A stretch of DNA of 64,000 nt from Octopus vulgaris (lineage: Eukaryota): NCBI GenBank assembly GCA_951406725.2, contig OX597816.1, forward strand, positions 177,444,001 to 177,508,000. Reading direction: 5' to 3'. Under the pieces are notes generated by a model, which worked only from the letters and a program-made list of their open reading frames with translations, ran no database searches and was not told where the DNA came from. Each line of letters begins with the position of its first letter. Position 1 is the stretch's first letter. Position numbers and translations under genes: made by a program. Positions 26,357 through 38,699 of the stretch are shown in pieces.

Positions 26357-27662
26357 TGTTTGATCATGTTTCAAGTTAGGTATAAAAACAATTTAACACT
26401 AATCTGCAGAACTACTCAATACTTTTCGGCACATATTTATTTAGTTTTACAAGGAAAGAATCTGACAGTGATTTCCTAGTTGTCGCTTTCTTTTCCTCAA
26501 CAGACTGTGAAGAATTTGATACTTTTTTAAGATATGGTAGTCAGCATTGATAAAAATGTTTCTATTTACTTATTTTAGTATAACTTTTTCTTTGCAGGAA
26601 TGTTATATCTTTCTTATGAATAACAAATTAAACATTGTTTCAGAAATACTATCTGATAAAATTGAATATGTACTGAACATTATAGTATAGTTGATTCTGG
26701 TATAAACGTTAGGTGCAAGTTCTCTTTTTTCAACGCCTGAGAACGTAACTGAGATTTAATCTTAACATAAAGAAGCTTGTGAACAGCAAAAAAATCTAAA
26801 CATGCTCAAATCATATTTGTATTATGTATCATATCTTCACATAACACCTCTGCCGCTATCTAAACAACGTTATCGTAATATTACTATACATCCAGTATGT
26901 AATTTTACGATCTGCGATGTTTCACGTTGTACAGGAATTTAGAAATATTTTCAATTTCTAACAACTTCAATCGGTTTTTATAATTTTGGGTCTCCCCACT
27001 CGCTCAGAAATTAAGAACTATGCATGCTTGTTTAAGCAAGAGATAAGAGAATCATCTCTTGAGATAAGATGAAAGATATGTTTTTCTTATGTGGGCATCA
27101 CCTCCGATTTTAAGAGAAGAAATGATATGAAACTTAAAACCCTTTCCTTAAAGTCTATTTAACAAAACTTAGCTGGTTCTTTTTGAGATTATGAAACAGG
27201 TGCTTGACAAACACCGGTAAATGAAAGAAAGAAATGTGTTCGCGGTCATATCTTCATAATTCTAAAACAGAAGAACATTTTCTTGTTTTATTAGAGTTTA
27301 GTCGAAAATGTTATCTTTGCTATGCAAGCGTTAAATCATAAACTTTTCTCGTGGGTCAGGCAACGTATATGCCTAAATTTTACTGGCCATGACAAATAAT
27401 TTATTCTTTTCTAACTAACGTAAGATATGAAACACCTTAGTTTAAAATAGCCTTCAGCTTTAGAAATTCAAACGAGAACAGCATCTTTTTAATACTTAGC
27501 ACGGATTCATTTTTATTCGAAATTCTTTATAAAATGTGTAGTTTACTTATAGAACTCTCCTTTACTAGATTGTCAAGCGATGGTGGGGGAACAAACACAG
27601 ACACAAATGCATACATACATACTTATTTATACATACATACATACATACATACATACATACAT

Positions 27663-27745
<83 letters not shown>

Positions 27746-27965
27746 AATATTTTCTCAGAATAATTAACACTGCTATTTCCTTAATTCTTAATTCTTCATA
27801 TATTTGCCTCACAATTAAAAGCTACTACTACACTTAGTAATATCAAATTGATAAATAAAACATATGCATATATACATAGAAGGAGAATAACAGTAACACA
27901 GACAAGAAGGGATGTTAAGCCGAACGAGATAAAATGTTACGAACGCTATTTTTGAGAACGGTGAA

Positions 27966-28125
27966 GGAGCCACAGAAAATGCCGTCTACACTCGGGCGAA
28001 GCAAGGTCAGAAAAGACTAGTTTCCTCATCGCTGACCAGCGACGGAGCCACAGAAAATGCCGTCTACACTCGGGCGAAGCAAGGTCAGAAAAGACAGTAG
28101 TTTCCTCATCGCTGACCAGCGACGG
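27966..28125. repeat. 78-bp tandem duplication
   Basis: GGAGCCACAGAAAATGCCG...GACCAGCGAC starts at 27966 and 28044. Confidence 0.92.
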
Positions 28126-28511
28126 GACAGGGGAGGAGAAGTAAGAGAAAGGGAAGGGGAGAGAAAAAAGAGGAATTGTTGTAGAGAAAACCAGAAAGGA
28201 TGAAGAATGAGAGAGCGGGATGGAGAGACAGTAAGGTAGAAGAAAGGGAACCAGAAAGAAAGAAGGCTGAGAAAGGGGGGACTGAAAGGTTAAGAGTGCG
28301 CATCATTATTAATATTAAGAACAAACTTACTTAGAAATGGATGCGTGCGTTCTGTTGTGTAATAACAAATTAATAAATAAAACATATGCATATATATATA
28401 CATATATGTACGTACCTACCTCTACATGTATATATACATGCATATATGGGTACAGGACACCAAAAAAACGTCAAACACAATGAGAAACGAAAACATAAAC
28501 ACAAAACCAAG

Positions 28512-28597
28512 AATTCCCCTTCTTCAGTCGCCATGGTTTCATCTACACCTTCGAAACGCAGAGTAGATGAAACCATGGCGACTGAAGAAGGGGAATT
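28512..28597. repeat. 35-bp perfect-stem hairpin within a short dispersed repeat (relative at ~51590-51790)
   Basis: AATTCCCCTTCTTCAGTCGCCATGGTTTCATCTAC paired with GTAGATGAAACCATGGCGACTGAAGAAGGGGAATT. Confidence 0.9.
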
Positions 28598-28677
28598 TGT
28601 TATTTGTCCTGTACTCTATTTTTTCGTTGTTTAAGAAAAATGTCCAGTTCCTATGTATGTATATATGCATATGTATA

Positions 28678-28991
28678 CTATAGTCTCGGGGCGACCAAGG
28701 CCTTGTGAGTGGATTTGGTAGACGGAAACTGAAAGAAGCCCGGCGTATATATGCGTATATACAATTATGTGTGTGTATATGTTTATGCGTCTCTGTTTGT
28801 CCCCCCAACAGGGCTTGACAACCGATGCTGAGGTGTTTACGTCCCCGAAATCTAGCGGTTCGGCATTAGAGATCGATAGAATAAGTAACAGGCGTACAAA
28901 GAATAAGCCATGGGGTAATTTGCTCGACTAAAGGCGGTGCTCTAGCATGGCCGCTGTCAAATAACTGAAATAAGTAAAAGAGTAAAAGAGT
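28678..28991 (+). mobile_element. SINE family A, 5'-truncated
   Basis: Body and (AAAAGAGT)n tail match family A. Confidence 0.85.
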
Positions 28992-29120
28992 ATATATTCA
29001 TATATGTATATATATATTTTCGTATATATATATATATATTGATATATATATATATATATATATATAAGCATGTATGTATATATCCATATATGTATATATA
29101 CGCATATATATACATCTATA

Positions 29121-29155
<35 letters not shown>

Positions 29156-29336
29156 TGATATATATATATATGCTTATATATATACAATGATATATATACA
29201 TTTATATTTATATGAATATATATATATGCATATATAAATGCATACATTACATATATATAAATATATATATACAGATGTATATATATATGGATATATATTT
29301 GCATATATATATATACATATGCATATATACATATGC

Positions 29337-29431
<95 letters not shown>

Positions 29432-29494
29432 AATATGCATATGTATATATTTATATATACATATATATTCTTATATAAAAATATAGGTATAGAT
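28992..29494. repeat. Degenerate (TA)n low-complexity tract (one of many, e.g. 31855-31998, 44770-45160, 51830-52202)
   Basis: Direct reading. Confidence 0.95.
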
Positions 29495-30425
29495 ATATAC
29501 ACGTTGCGATATGTTGATGATGCCTTTATACTCTGGCTCCACCAGGATGATGCCCAAGTACTGCTAGATCATGTGATGTCAATACAGCCATCCATACAGC
29601 TCACAATGGAAAAGGGAGACGCGATTTAGCTAGCTTTCCTGGACTTATTAATAACACGCACCTAGTATGAATTGAGGACAACCGTAAACCGCAAATCGAC
29701 CTTCACTGTACGATATCTCATGTTCAATTCCCACCATCCATACAGTGTAAAGAGAGGGATTGCTCTGTACCTAAATCCTCGTGCAGGGAATAGAGCTAAC
29801 GATCATGACACCACGAAGTAAAGATCAAGCTCAGTAACAATCTATTAAGTGTGTACTCCATCCCATGCAGGTGAAGCAAAGGTCAAACATGCCTACCCCT
29901 CAAAATAAGAGTAGGCGAACTTCGCAAACCTGTGACACGAGGAGATATTGATAAATCGGGTATAGCTGATCATGTATGGAAAAATGGAGACCACCTCATC
30001 CTGTGGGAAGAAGTTAAAATAATAGACAGAGAAGACCACTGGACAATACGAAAACTAAAAGAAGCAGCACATATGCTAGGATACAATAACCTCCAAAGCA
30101 GGCCAAGTGCAGATATGGGAACCGGTATTAAGAAGGATAGCAAAAATGTTAGATTTATAAGCTTAAAATTCTCTACATAATTGCCCTTGGGTATATAGTG
30201 TAGTGGTTAAGCGGCGGAATACTAAACCCAAGATTCTGAGTTCGCTTCCAAGCAGTGACCTGAATAATAATAATAATGGTAATAATAATAACATCGAAAC
30301 TTATATTAGGAATGAGTAACCATGATCGAAATTTGCCCAAGACACCTGACGCGTTGTGTTAACAACAAACTAGATTAGGACAAATATCCGTCAAATTAAA
30401 TAATGTACATAATTCCTTATCGCTT
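29495..30425 (+). mobile_element. Penelope-like element, degraded (RT core, GIY-YIG C-terminus, 3' repeat region)
   Basis: [10 protein letters not shown]; FLDLLITR; SGIADHVWKNGDH..WEEVKIIDRE...RKLKEA; flanked by TA tracts. Confidence 0.8.
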
Positions 30426-31865
30426 AAGTATATATGCATGTGTATTTATGTATATGTGTATATATATATAGGTATATATGTATTTATGTATATATATGTG
30501 TGTGTATGTACATATATATGCATGTATATGTATATATGTATATATATATGTATGTATATATGTATATATACAGGTGTATATATATGTGTATATATGTGTA
30601 TAAATGTGTAGCAACATCTGATGGTCTGGTCGGTCACGTGATCACGTGATATGTATATATGTGTAGATATATATATATATATATATATATATGTGTATAT
30701 AAATATATATTTGTGTATATATATATATATATATATACATATCTACTTATATACATATATATTTATATACAAATATAAATATGGCGGCCTCTGATCAACA
30801 CGTGTTTTTCTAAGCTCCTGGAAAATCGCGAAAGTAATTTCTGAAAAACTGCGAAGGCTATTATAAATAAAAACCAAGAAAGCCTTGAATGTCTTCCTGA
30901 ATGACAAAGTATTGACTTGAGGAAATATAAAGTGAAATATATTAAGCAGGAAGAATCTTTTGCGAATGTAGGAATTATATACATTGCAAATAACAAAATT
31001 CGGATTTTACGAAATTTCTAAAATATCTGCGATTTTCTATAGGGGAAAAAAATCATCATCTGAATAACTTTTTGAGTGAAAACGTAACAAGACAAATTTA
31101 GAGAAAAACCATCTGGAATATATAGAAAGGAAAACAGAAAAAGTAAAAGCCTTTACGAATATACAAAACGTAAACAATGTCTCGCATTGAGCAGCACATG
31201 GTATCACTATAACTTGAAAAGAAGTTCAAAATCTTCCATTGCCTCGGAAATACCCATCTCTTTGGAAAAACTAGATAAGTATCTGTGTATTTTCTGTCAT
31301 TTATTGAAGACAAATAGGGGAAAGTAGAAGGTTAAATTTACATAATTTACATAAGGTCTTTTTTCTCTGTTTCGCTTTTGACTAACGAGATTTTTGTTTA
31401 TCGTAGAGAGGTTTGACTTTCATTACTCCCAAGTTAAGAGAATTTTCATAGTTACACACATATATATATTTATTTGTTCCTTTATTTATTTTTCCCTTTC
31501 CAAGTAGAATCCTTTTCAAGAGTTTGCATAGCTTCTCTCTCTCTCTCGCTCTCTCTCTCTCTCTCGCTCTCTCTCTCTCTCTCGCTCTCTCTCTCTCTCG
31601 CTCTCTCCATCATACCGTCATTTCCCCTTTCACTATTGCCCCTCTCTAAATATGTAGACACTGTCTCTCTATTTCTTTACTTCACTCTATCATTCCATAA
31701 TTCTTCTCACAAACTCTTAATCTCTCTTCTACTTTTTTACCTTTTTCTCTCTCTATATTTCCTCTATAAATACATAGACACACACACTCTCTCTTTCTCT
31801 TTTTCTTTACTTTACCCCATCGCACCGTCCTTCTCTCAGCCCCTCAAACTCCCTACATATATATG

Positions 31866-32000
<135 letters not shown>

Positions 32001-33105
32001 CACACAGTCTTTCTTCTCTCAGTTAGACCCTCAACCTCTGATATAAATACATACCCCTCTCTCTCTCTTTCTCTCTCTGTCACTTCATTTCTCTCCATCA
32101 CGCCTCTTTCTCTGTCTCTTCACTTCTCCACTTCTCTCTGTCACACCGACTTGCTTCTCTCAGCCTCTCAATCTTCCTAAATATATAGACACGAACATTC
32201 TCTCACTCTCTCCCTCTCTCCCTATCTTCCTCTCTTCTCTCACCCGCTCAATCTCTTTAAATATATAGACACACTTTCTTTCTCTATTTCTTCACTACCA
32301 TCCATCACAATGTTAAATTTTTAAAAATAGATAGATGAATAAATAAAATATCCATAAAAATGTCCAGAACCTGGAGGAGCATGGAATTGGTTATTATCCG
32401 TAAGTTACATTTTAAAAGAATATATTCCCGTTCAATAATAGTACATTTATTTACTAGGAATACCCTTCCGGCACCAAGGTACACAGTTGATTTCAATATA
32501 TGGTTGCCGTCAGCACGTGTTGTACTTGGATATAAATGTAAATAGAAAGGAAAAAGCAAAACACGATAGCTACACTGGTCATACTTGTTATTCCTCATAT
32601 CTTCGGTGAATAACGATTTATGAAACTGCAATTTTTGAAACAAAAAATACTGAAAAATTCTGAAACTACTAATATCGGAAATTTGTTATTGTTTATATCT
32701 TTCCCTCTGCTAAATGTAAGAGCTTTTGAACCAGCCGTAAGCCTGCCGAAGGTAAGATAATCATCAATATCTATAAATCTGAAATGAGAAACGTTTGTTT
32801 GTTTGTCTGGTTTTGGCATTGGAACGGGTTAAAGGGCACGAGATTCCGTCGGATTGACTCCAAAATTTACAGGGACACGTAAAATGAGGTGAGGATGTGA
32901 GTGGGCTATCTTAAAAGGTGTGGTTACTAGGGAAAAAAACGCACACTTTGACAAGTCTTCTCTCATTCTTTTATCTGCCTGTCTTCCTCCGTCTCTCTAT
33001 GTTTCCTCCCTTACCATCACTTTCTCTCTATAACGACGTTTGACAGCATCTACTATCTTTCCCCCGCCGCATTCGCCAGCGCTGTCACTCTTTCCTCCAA
33101 CGCCT

Positions 33106-33148
<43 letters not shown>

Positions 33149-33321
33149 CGTCTGTCTGCATTCATAGAGAGTTTTACTATCGCCACAACCACCACACAAT
33201 CATGAGAACAAATATTATGAATCAGATATTTATTGGGTTAATTTATATATATGTGTGTGTGTGTCTGTATCTATATATAAATATGTATATATAATGTATA
33301 TTTACAAAATGTATATATCTG

Positions 33322-33358
<37 letters not shown>

Positions 33359-33420
33359 ACATTTGTATATATAATGCGTACACACACACACATATATATA
33401 TAATGCGTATATATGTACAT

Positions 33421-35162
33421 TCCCAATTCCTCCGTCTACGCAGGCTCTGTAGTGACGACCATGACTTTGAGACTCAGTCTCAACTCATGGCTCGCCACTT
33501 CATCCTACGAGGATATCCCCTCACCACTATCCACACCGCCCTTGCCAGAGCACGTTCCGTGAACCGTGCATCTGCTCTCTTCCTCTGAACCCGCCCTGCA
33601 GTCTCCCGCCTCCCTTTTCCCTCACCTACCACCCCACCACTCTACCTCTCCAACGCACCATTCTCCGATATTTCCGGCATCTCCAGTCCGACCCGTCCGC
33701 TTCACACATCTTCCCTAACTGACCCCTCCCCTCCTTCAAACGAGCCCACAACCTACGAGACCTCTTGGTCCACAGCTTTTTCCCCAACCCTACCACCCAA
33801 CCTGGCTCGTTCCCCTGCTCCCGCCCACGCTGCCGCACTTGCCCTTACCTCTCCAACATCACCCTCCTCACCGGTACCCATCATCGACCCTATCGCATCA
33901 ACAACTCCTTCACCTACACCTCCAGCAATATCATCTATTGCATCTCCTGCTCTCTCTGCCATTCCCTGTACATCGGACAAACGGGACGCCGCTTGGCTGA
34001 CCGCTTTGCGGAACACCTCCGAGACATCGCCTCAGCAATGACACCCCAGTCTCACGCCATTTCCGCTCCACCGGTCACTCCTTGCAACACCTGTCTGTTT
34101 TCGGGTGGTCCTTGCACAGAGGTCATCCGGACACCCGTTTGCGCCGTGAACAGGGATTAATCTTCTTTCTTCACTCTTTTACGCTATTTGGGCTCAACTC
34201 TCCTCCCCTCTTCATCTAACCTCCTCCCCGACTCCTATTTCTCTTACATCTTTTCACCTCTACTCGCTTTCCCTCTTCTCCCTTACTCTCTTTCTCTCTT
34301 TTCTCTTTCTCTCTGCTCCCTCACTCTCCTCTCCTCTCTCCCCTCTTCCTCCTCCTTCTTCCCACCCAACTCTCCTCTCTTGCCCCAACTCCTACTTCTC
34401 TTCACTGCTACTTCTCTTCACCCCTGCTCTCTTTCCCTCTTCTCTCTTACTCTCTTTCTCTTTTCTCTCCTCCTCTCTCTCCTCACATACCCACCTTCCC
34501 CTCCCCCCATAAACCCACCGACCCACCCCTACACATCCCTACTCCACCTTCCCTATTCTTCCCTATCCTTCCCTATCCCCCATCCTATCCCACACCCTTC
34601 CCCACATACCCCACCTCGACCCCCACCCTCTGCCTACCCACAAACTCCAATTCTACGCCAACCCCCAGCCGAACCCACACCCCACCCGTGCTTTCCACAC
34701 TCTCGCCTCTCCCACCTCCCAACAACATCACACCACACCACACTACACCATACAACATTACACATCACAACACACCACCCACACACCCATCCCCACATCT
34801 TCACACCTACACATACATACACACACACGTCCAGACCACCAGCTCTCTTTCACACGCACATACATACTCTCTTATACACACACGCACCTTTGTGTTGGGC
34901 GCTCCTTCGTGTTGGAGGTCATCTTTACCTTGTTATCTCCCCTACTTTCTTTCTCGTGTTTGACCCTTCTGTCCGGCACTAGTCGCCATGATAGATCGTT
35001 AGCCACTACACACATTGTTTTCTCTCCTTGTTTTTTCTGTGTCCCTTTCTGTAGAAGAGCGTAGGCTCGAAACGCAGACTATTCCTGAGCGTTATATTAA
35101 TACATCTGTTTGTTTTGTACACCACCTGTCTTCGTCTTTTGTTTTTTTCGTAAACTCTCCCT
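33421..35162 (+). mobile_element. Penelope-like element 3' part, inserted in a TA tract of Helitron H2
   Basis: SQFLRLRRLCS; C-PR-C-x2-C; IYCISCSLCHSLYIGQTGRRLADRFAEH (GIY-YIG); absent from the sister Helitron copy. Confidence 0.9.
35045..35080 (+). ncRNA. Minimal hammerhead motif in the PLE 3' repeat, decayed
   Basis: cttt-CTGTAGA-a-gagc-gtag-gctc-GAAA-cgca; non-canonical core position, cleavage side degenerate. Confidence 0.6.
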
Positions 35163-35203
35163 ATATATATATTTAACGCGTATATATGTACATATATATA
35201 TGT

Positions 35204-35299
<96 letters not shown>

Positions 35300-36540
35300 C
35301 GTGTGCATTATGAGGTAGGTTGAGCTGAAAATATGCACACCTATGTTAAAAATGCCGGCGAGTTTGCATGACAACTATTTTTTCCCTCAAATGAAAGGCG
35401 TGACCTCTAGGACAAAATTCCTAATCTTTTAAAATGTGGCCCGATTACACCCGAATGAAATCGGCTTATATTAACCAAACAAGTAAAACAATGAAGAAAC
35501 TATGCCATTTTAATCCCAAGTAAGATCGGGTAGCTCTGTAGGTCTACAACATATATGTGAAAAGCAGACGTTGTCTCACAAGCAATTATACAGGCAAAAG
35601 TGTTAGTAAATATGGTATGATTCAGTCCTGGCGAGTTTGCATGTCAACTTTGAGTTTGCTCAATTGAAAGGTTTGGCCTCTAGGCCAAAATTCCTCATCT
35701 TTAAAGTGTGGCCCGCGTAGACCCGAATGAAATCGAGTTATAATACTGAAACAAATAAAACAATGATAAACTATTTTAATCCTGAGCAAGACCGGGTTTC
35801 TCTGCTATCTATATATATAAAAGAGGCTTTGGGTCAAAATTGTGTGCACGTTGGCGGTCACACCAGTGGTCAGATCGAGCTGAAAATTGACACAGGCATA
35901 GAAGGAGTGATGAAGCAGAGAGATGAGTAGGTTAAAGCGCACCATCTGGAAAGATGTGGTTGCTATGGTGAGAAGATTCAATGGGGCTTTAAGTCCCCCC
36001 CCAGATTGGCGCGATTGGCATCTAATCTTATCTTGTAGATAAGATTAGATGCCAATCTAATGAAGAAGACGAACGTAGACAAACATTGGATTTTTATGTA
36101 AAAAGGGGTCTAAATGGTGTTGGAAGGGGGATTCAAATTTACAGGAGGGGGTAACTTGAGGAAGGAAATTGATTGGGAGACGTTTTGTGGCGCTACAGTG
36201 GGATTTTATTGATTTTGGGGGACACTTGGTGGTCTAGATCGGACAACTTTTGCCCAATTTCAATCAAATTTTCAACATGGTAAAGTGGAAGCGGATTTGT
36301 AATTTAAACACGAAAATCTAATTTTTTTATAAATGGCAGCGAGACAGATAGAGAAAGAGAAAGAGTAAGAGAAAGCGAGGTAAAGTCCGAGAGAAAGGAA
36401 GAGTAAGACAGTGGGAAAATGAGAAAGGATAGAGAAACAAAGAGGAAGAATGTGGCGATAAGAAACAGAAAGGAAGCAACAGAAAGTAACAACCACAACC
36501 TCACCCACACGTAGAGCGGGTCACCTTAAGCTAGTCAATA

Positions 36541-37075
36541 TCTATAAATCTGAAATGCGAAAGGTTTGTTTGTTTGCCTGGTTTTGGCATTGGAACGGGT
36601 TAAAGGGCACTAGATCCCGTCGGATTGACTCTAAAATTGACAGGGACATGTAAAGTGAGGTGAAAATGTTAGTGTGCTAGGTTAGAAATCCCTATCTTAA
36701 AAAGTGTGGTTACTAGGGCAAAAAACGCACACTTTGACAAGTCTTCTCTCATTCTTTTATCTGCCTGTCTTCCTCCGTCTCTCTCTCTCTTTCCTCCCTT
36801 CCTTTCACTTTCTCTCTATAACGTCGTTATAGAGAGCGTCTACTATCTTTCCCCCACCGCCTTCACTCTTTCTCCAGCATCCTCACTCTCTCTCTCTTTC
36901 TCTATGTCTGTCTGCATTCATAAAGAGAATTATTATCACCACCACACAATCATGAGAACAAATATTATGAAGCAGATATTTATTGGGTTAATTTATATAT
37001 GTGTGTGTGTGTGCGTGTGTTCTATATATAAATATGTATATATAATGTATCTATACAAAGTGTATATATCTGTAT

Positions 37076-37114
<39 letters not shown>

Positions 37115-37171
37115 TATATATACACACGCACATATATATATAATTTGTATACATTTGTATATATAATGCGT

Positions 37172-37214
<43 letters not shown>

Positions 37215-37370
37215 ATGCGTATATATGTACATATATATATTTAATGCGTATATATATACCCACACACGCACACACATATATATATATATAAATTTGTATA
37301 CATTTGTATATATAATGCGTATACACATACACACATATATAATGCGTATATATGTACATATATATATTTA

Positions 37371-37419
<49 letters not shown>

Positions 37420-38312
37420 GTGTGCACTATGTGGTCGGTTGAGCTGAAAATATGCACACCTATATCAAAAGTGCCGGCGAGTTTGCATGGCAACTATTTT
37501 TTTCCTCAAATGAAAGGCGTGACTTCTAGGGCAAAATTCCTCACCTTATAAAATGTGGCCCGAGTAGACCCGAATGAAATCGAGTTTTATTGACGAAAAT
37601 GTGAAAAGGGGTCTAAATGGGGCTGGAAGGGGATTAAATTTTACAGGAGCGGGTGTTTAGGAATTCTCTGTTACATTAAGCTAAAAAAATTTGCACCAGC
37701 CTTTAAATCTTCAATGTGTTGCCGTCCATGAAGAAGTTTTGAATGCTTGCCATGGTGAGTCTACTGTCGTGAGAAAAAATCATTTTAAAACTTGGTGTTC
37801 AGGAATTTTCTTTTACATCAAGTTCAAAATTTTACGCCAGCCGTTAAACTGCCACTACGTCGCTGTCCGTCGTTAAGAAATGCCAGTCATGGTGACTCTA
37901 CTATCCTCAGATTCTATCCCTTCAAACTTTGGTTTCCAATATTTTAAAAATTTTATTCAGCTCGCAAGTTCGTCTTTCCCTTTTAAATGTTAGTGTTTTG
38001 CTGTCTGCCTTGAAGCAGACCTTTCCGTTGTCACTGCTTGATATTTATGATTGATCTTTCAAAATATATTCTTTCTCAACTTACTCAAGATCTTTTGTTG
38101 TTTATAAATGGGAGAGAGATAGATAGAGAAAGATAGAGAGTAAGAGAAAGCGAGGGAGAGTCCGAGAGAAAGGAAGATTAAGAGAGTGGGAAAGTGAGGG
38201 AGAAAGGAGAGGGAAACAAAGAGGGAGAATGTGGTGATAAAAAACAGAAAGGAAGCAACAGAAAGTAACAACCACACTCTTACCCGCGCGTAGAGCGGGT
38301 CACCTTAAGCTA

Positions 38313-38313
<1 letters not shown>
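36541..38313 (+). mobile_element. Helitron H2, copy 2, head-to-tail with copy 1
   Basis: A|TCTATAAATC start; ACCCGC-GCGTAGA-GCGGGT hairpin (38282-38300) 9 nt before CTAG|T. Confidence 0.88.
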
Positions 38314-38353
<40 letters not shown>

Positions 38354-38398
38354 GTCTTTTCCTCTGTCTTCCCTTCCTTGGATCTTTCCTTTTTCTAT

Positions 38399-38433
38399 AT
38401 TTCTGACGAAGAGCTCCACTCGAAACATTAAAT
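38399..38433 (+). ncRNA. Minimal type I hammerhead within a solo PLE-type repeat (38352-38540) between TA tracts
   Basis: attt-CTGACGA-a-gagc-tcc-actc-GAAA-catt-aaat; homologous to 54087-54290 on the opposite strand. Confidence 0.7.
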
Positions 38434-38617
38434 CCTCCTTCTTTCTTTCCTTTCCTGAGCGTCCAATAACACTGTAATTGTTCCACGTCCTCGCGTTGTT
38501 GTGTTTTCTCTTTGTATTTTCATGTTTGGATTAACTTTATATATATATATACACGAAATATCATCAGGATAACAATATATACACTCGTACGCGCATACAG
38601 ACGGTCGTGTGTGTATG

Positions 38618-38667
<50 letters not shown>

Positions 38668-38699
38668 TACACAAATATATGGCTTGCTCATCCCTCCCA

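Larger units (their letters stand above)
32770..36534 (+). mobile_element. Non-autonomous composite Helitron, family H2, copy 1
   Basis: A|TCTATAAATC start; subterminal hairpin + CTAG|T end; carries a PLE insertion and internal relic termini. Confidence 0.82.
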
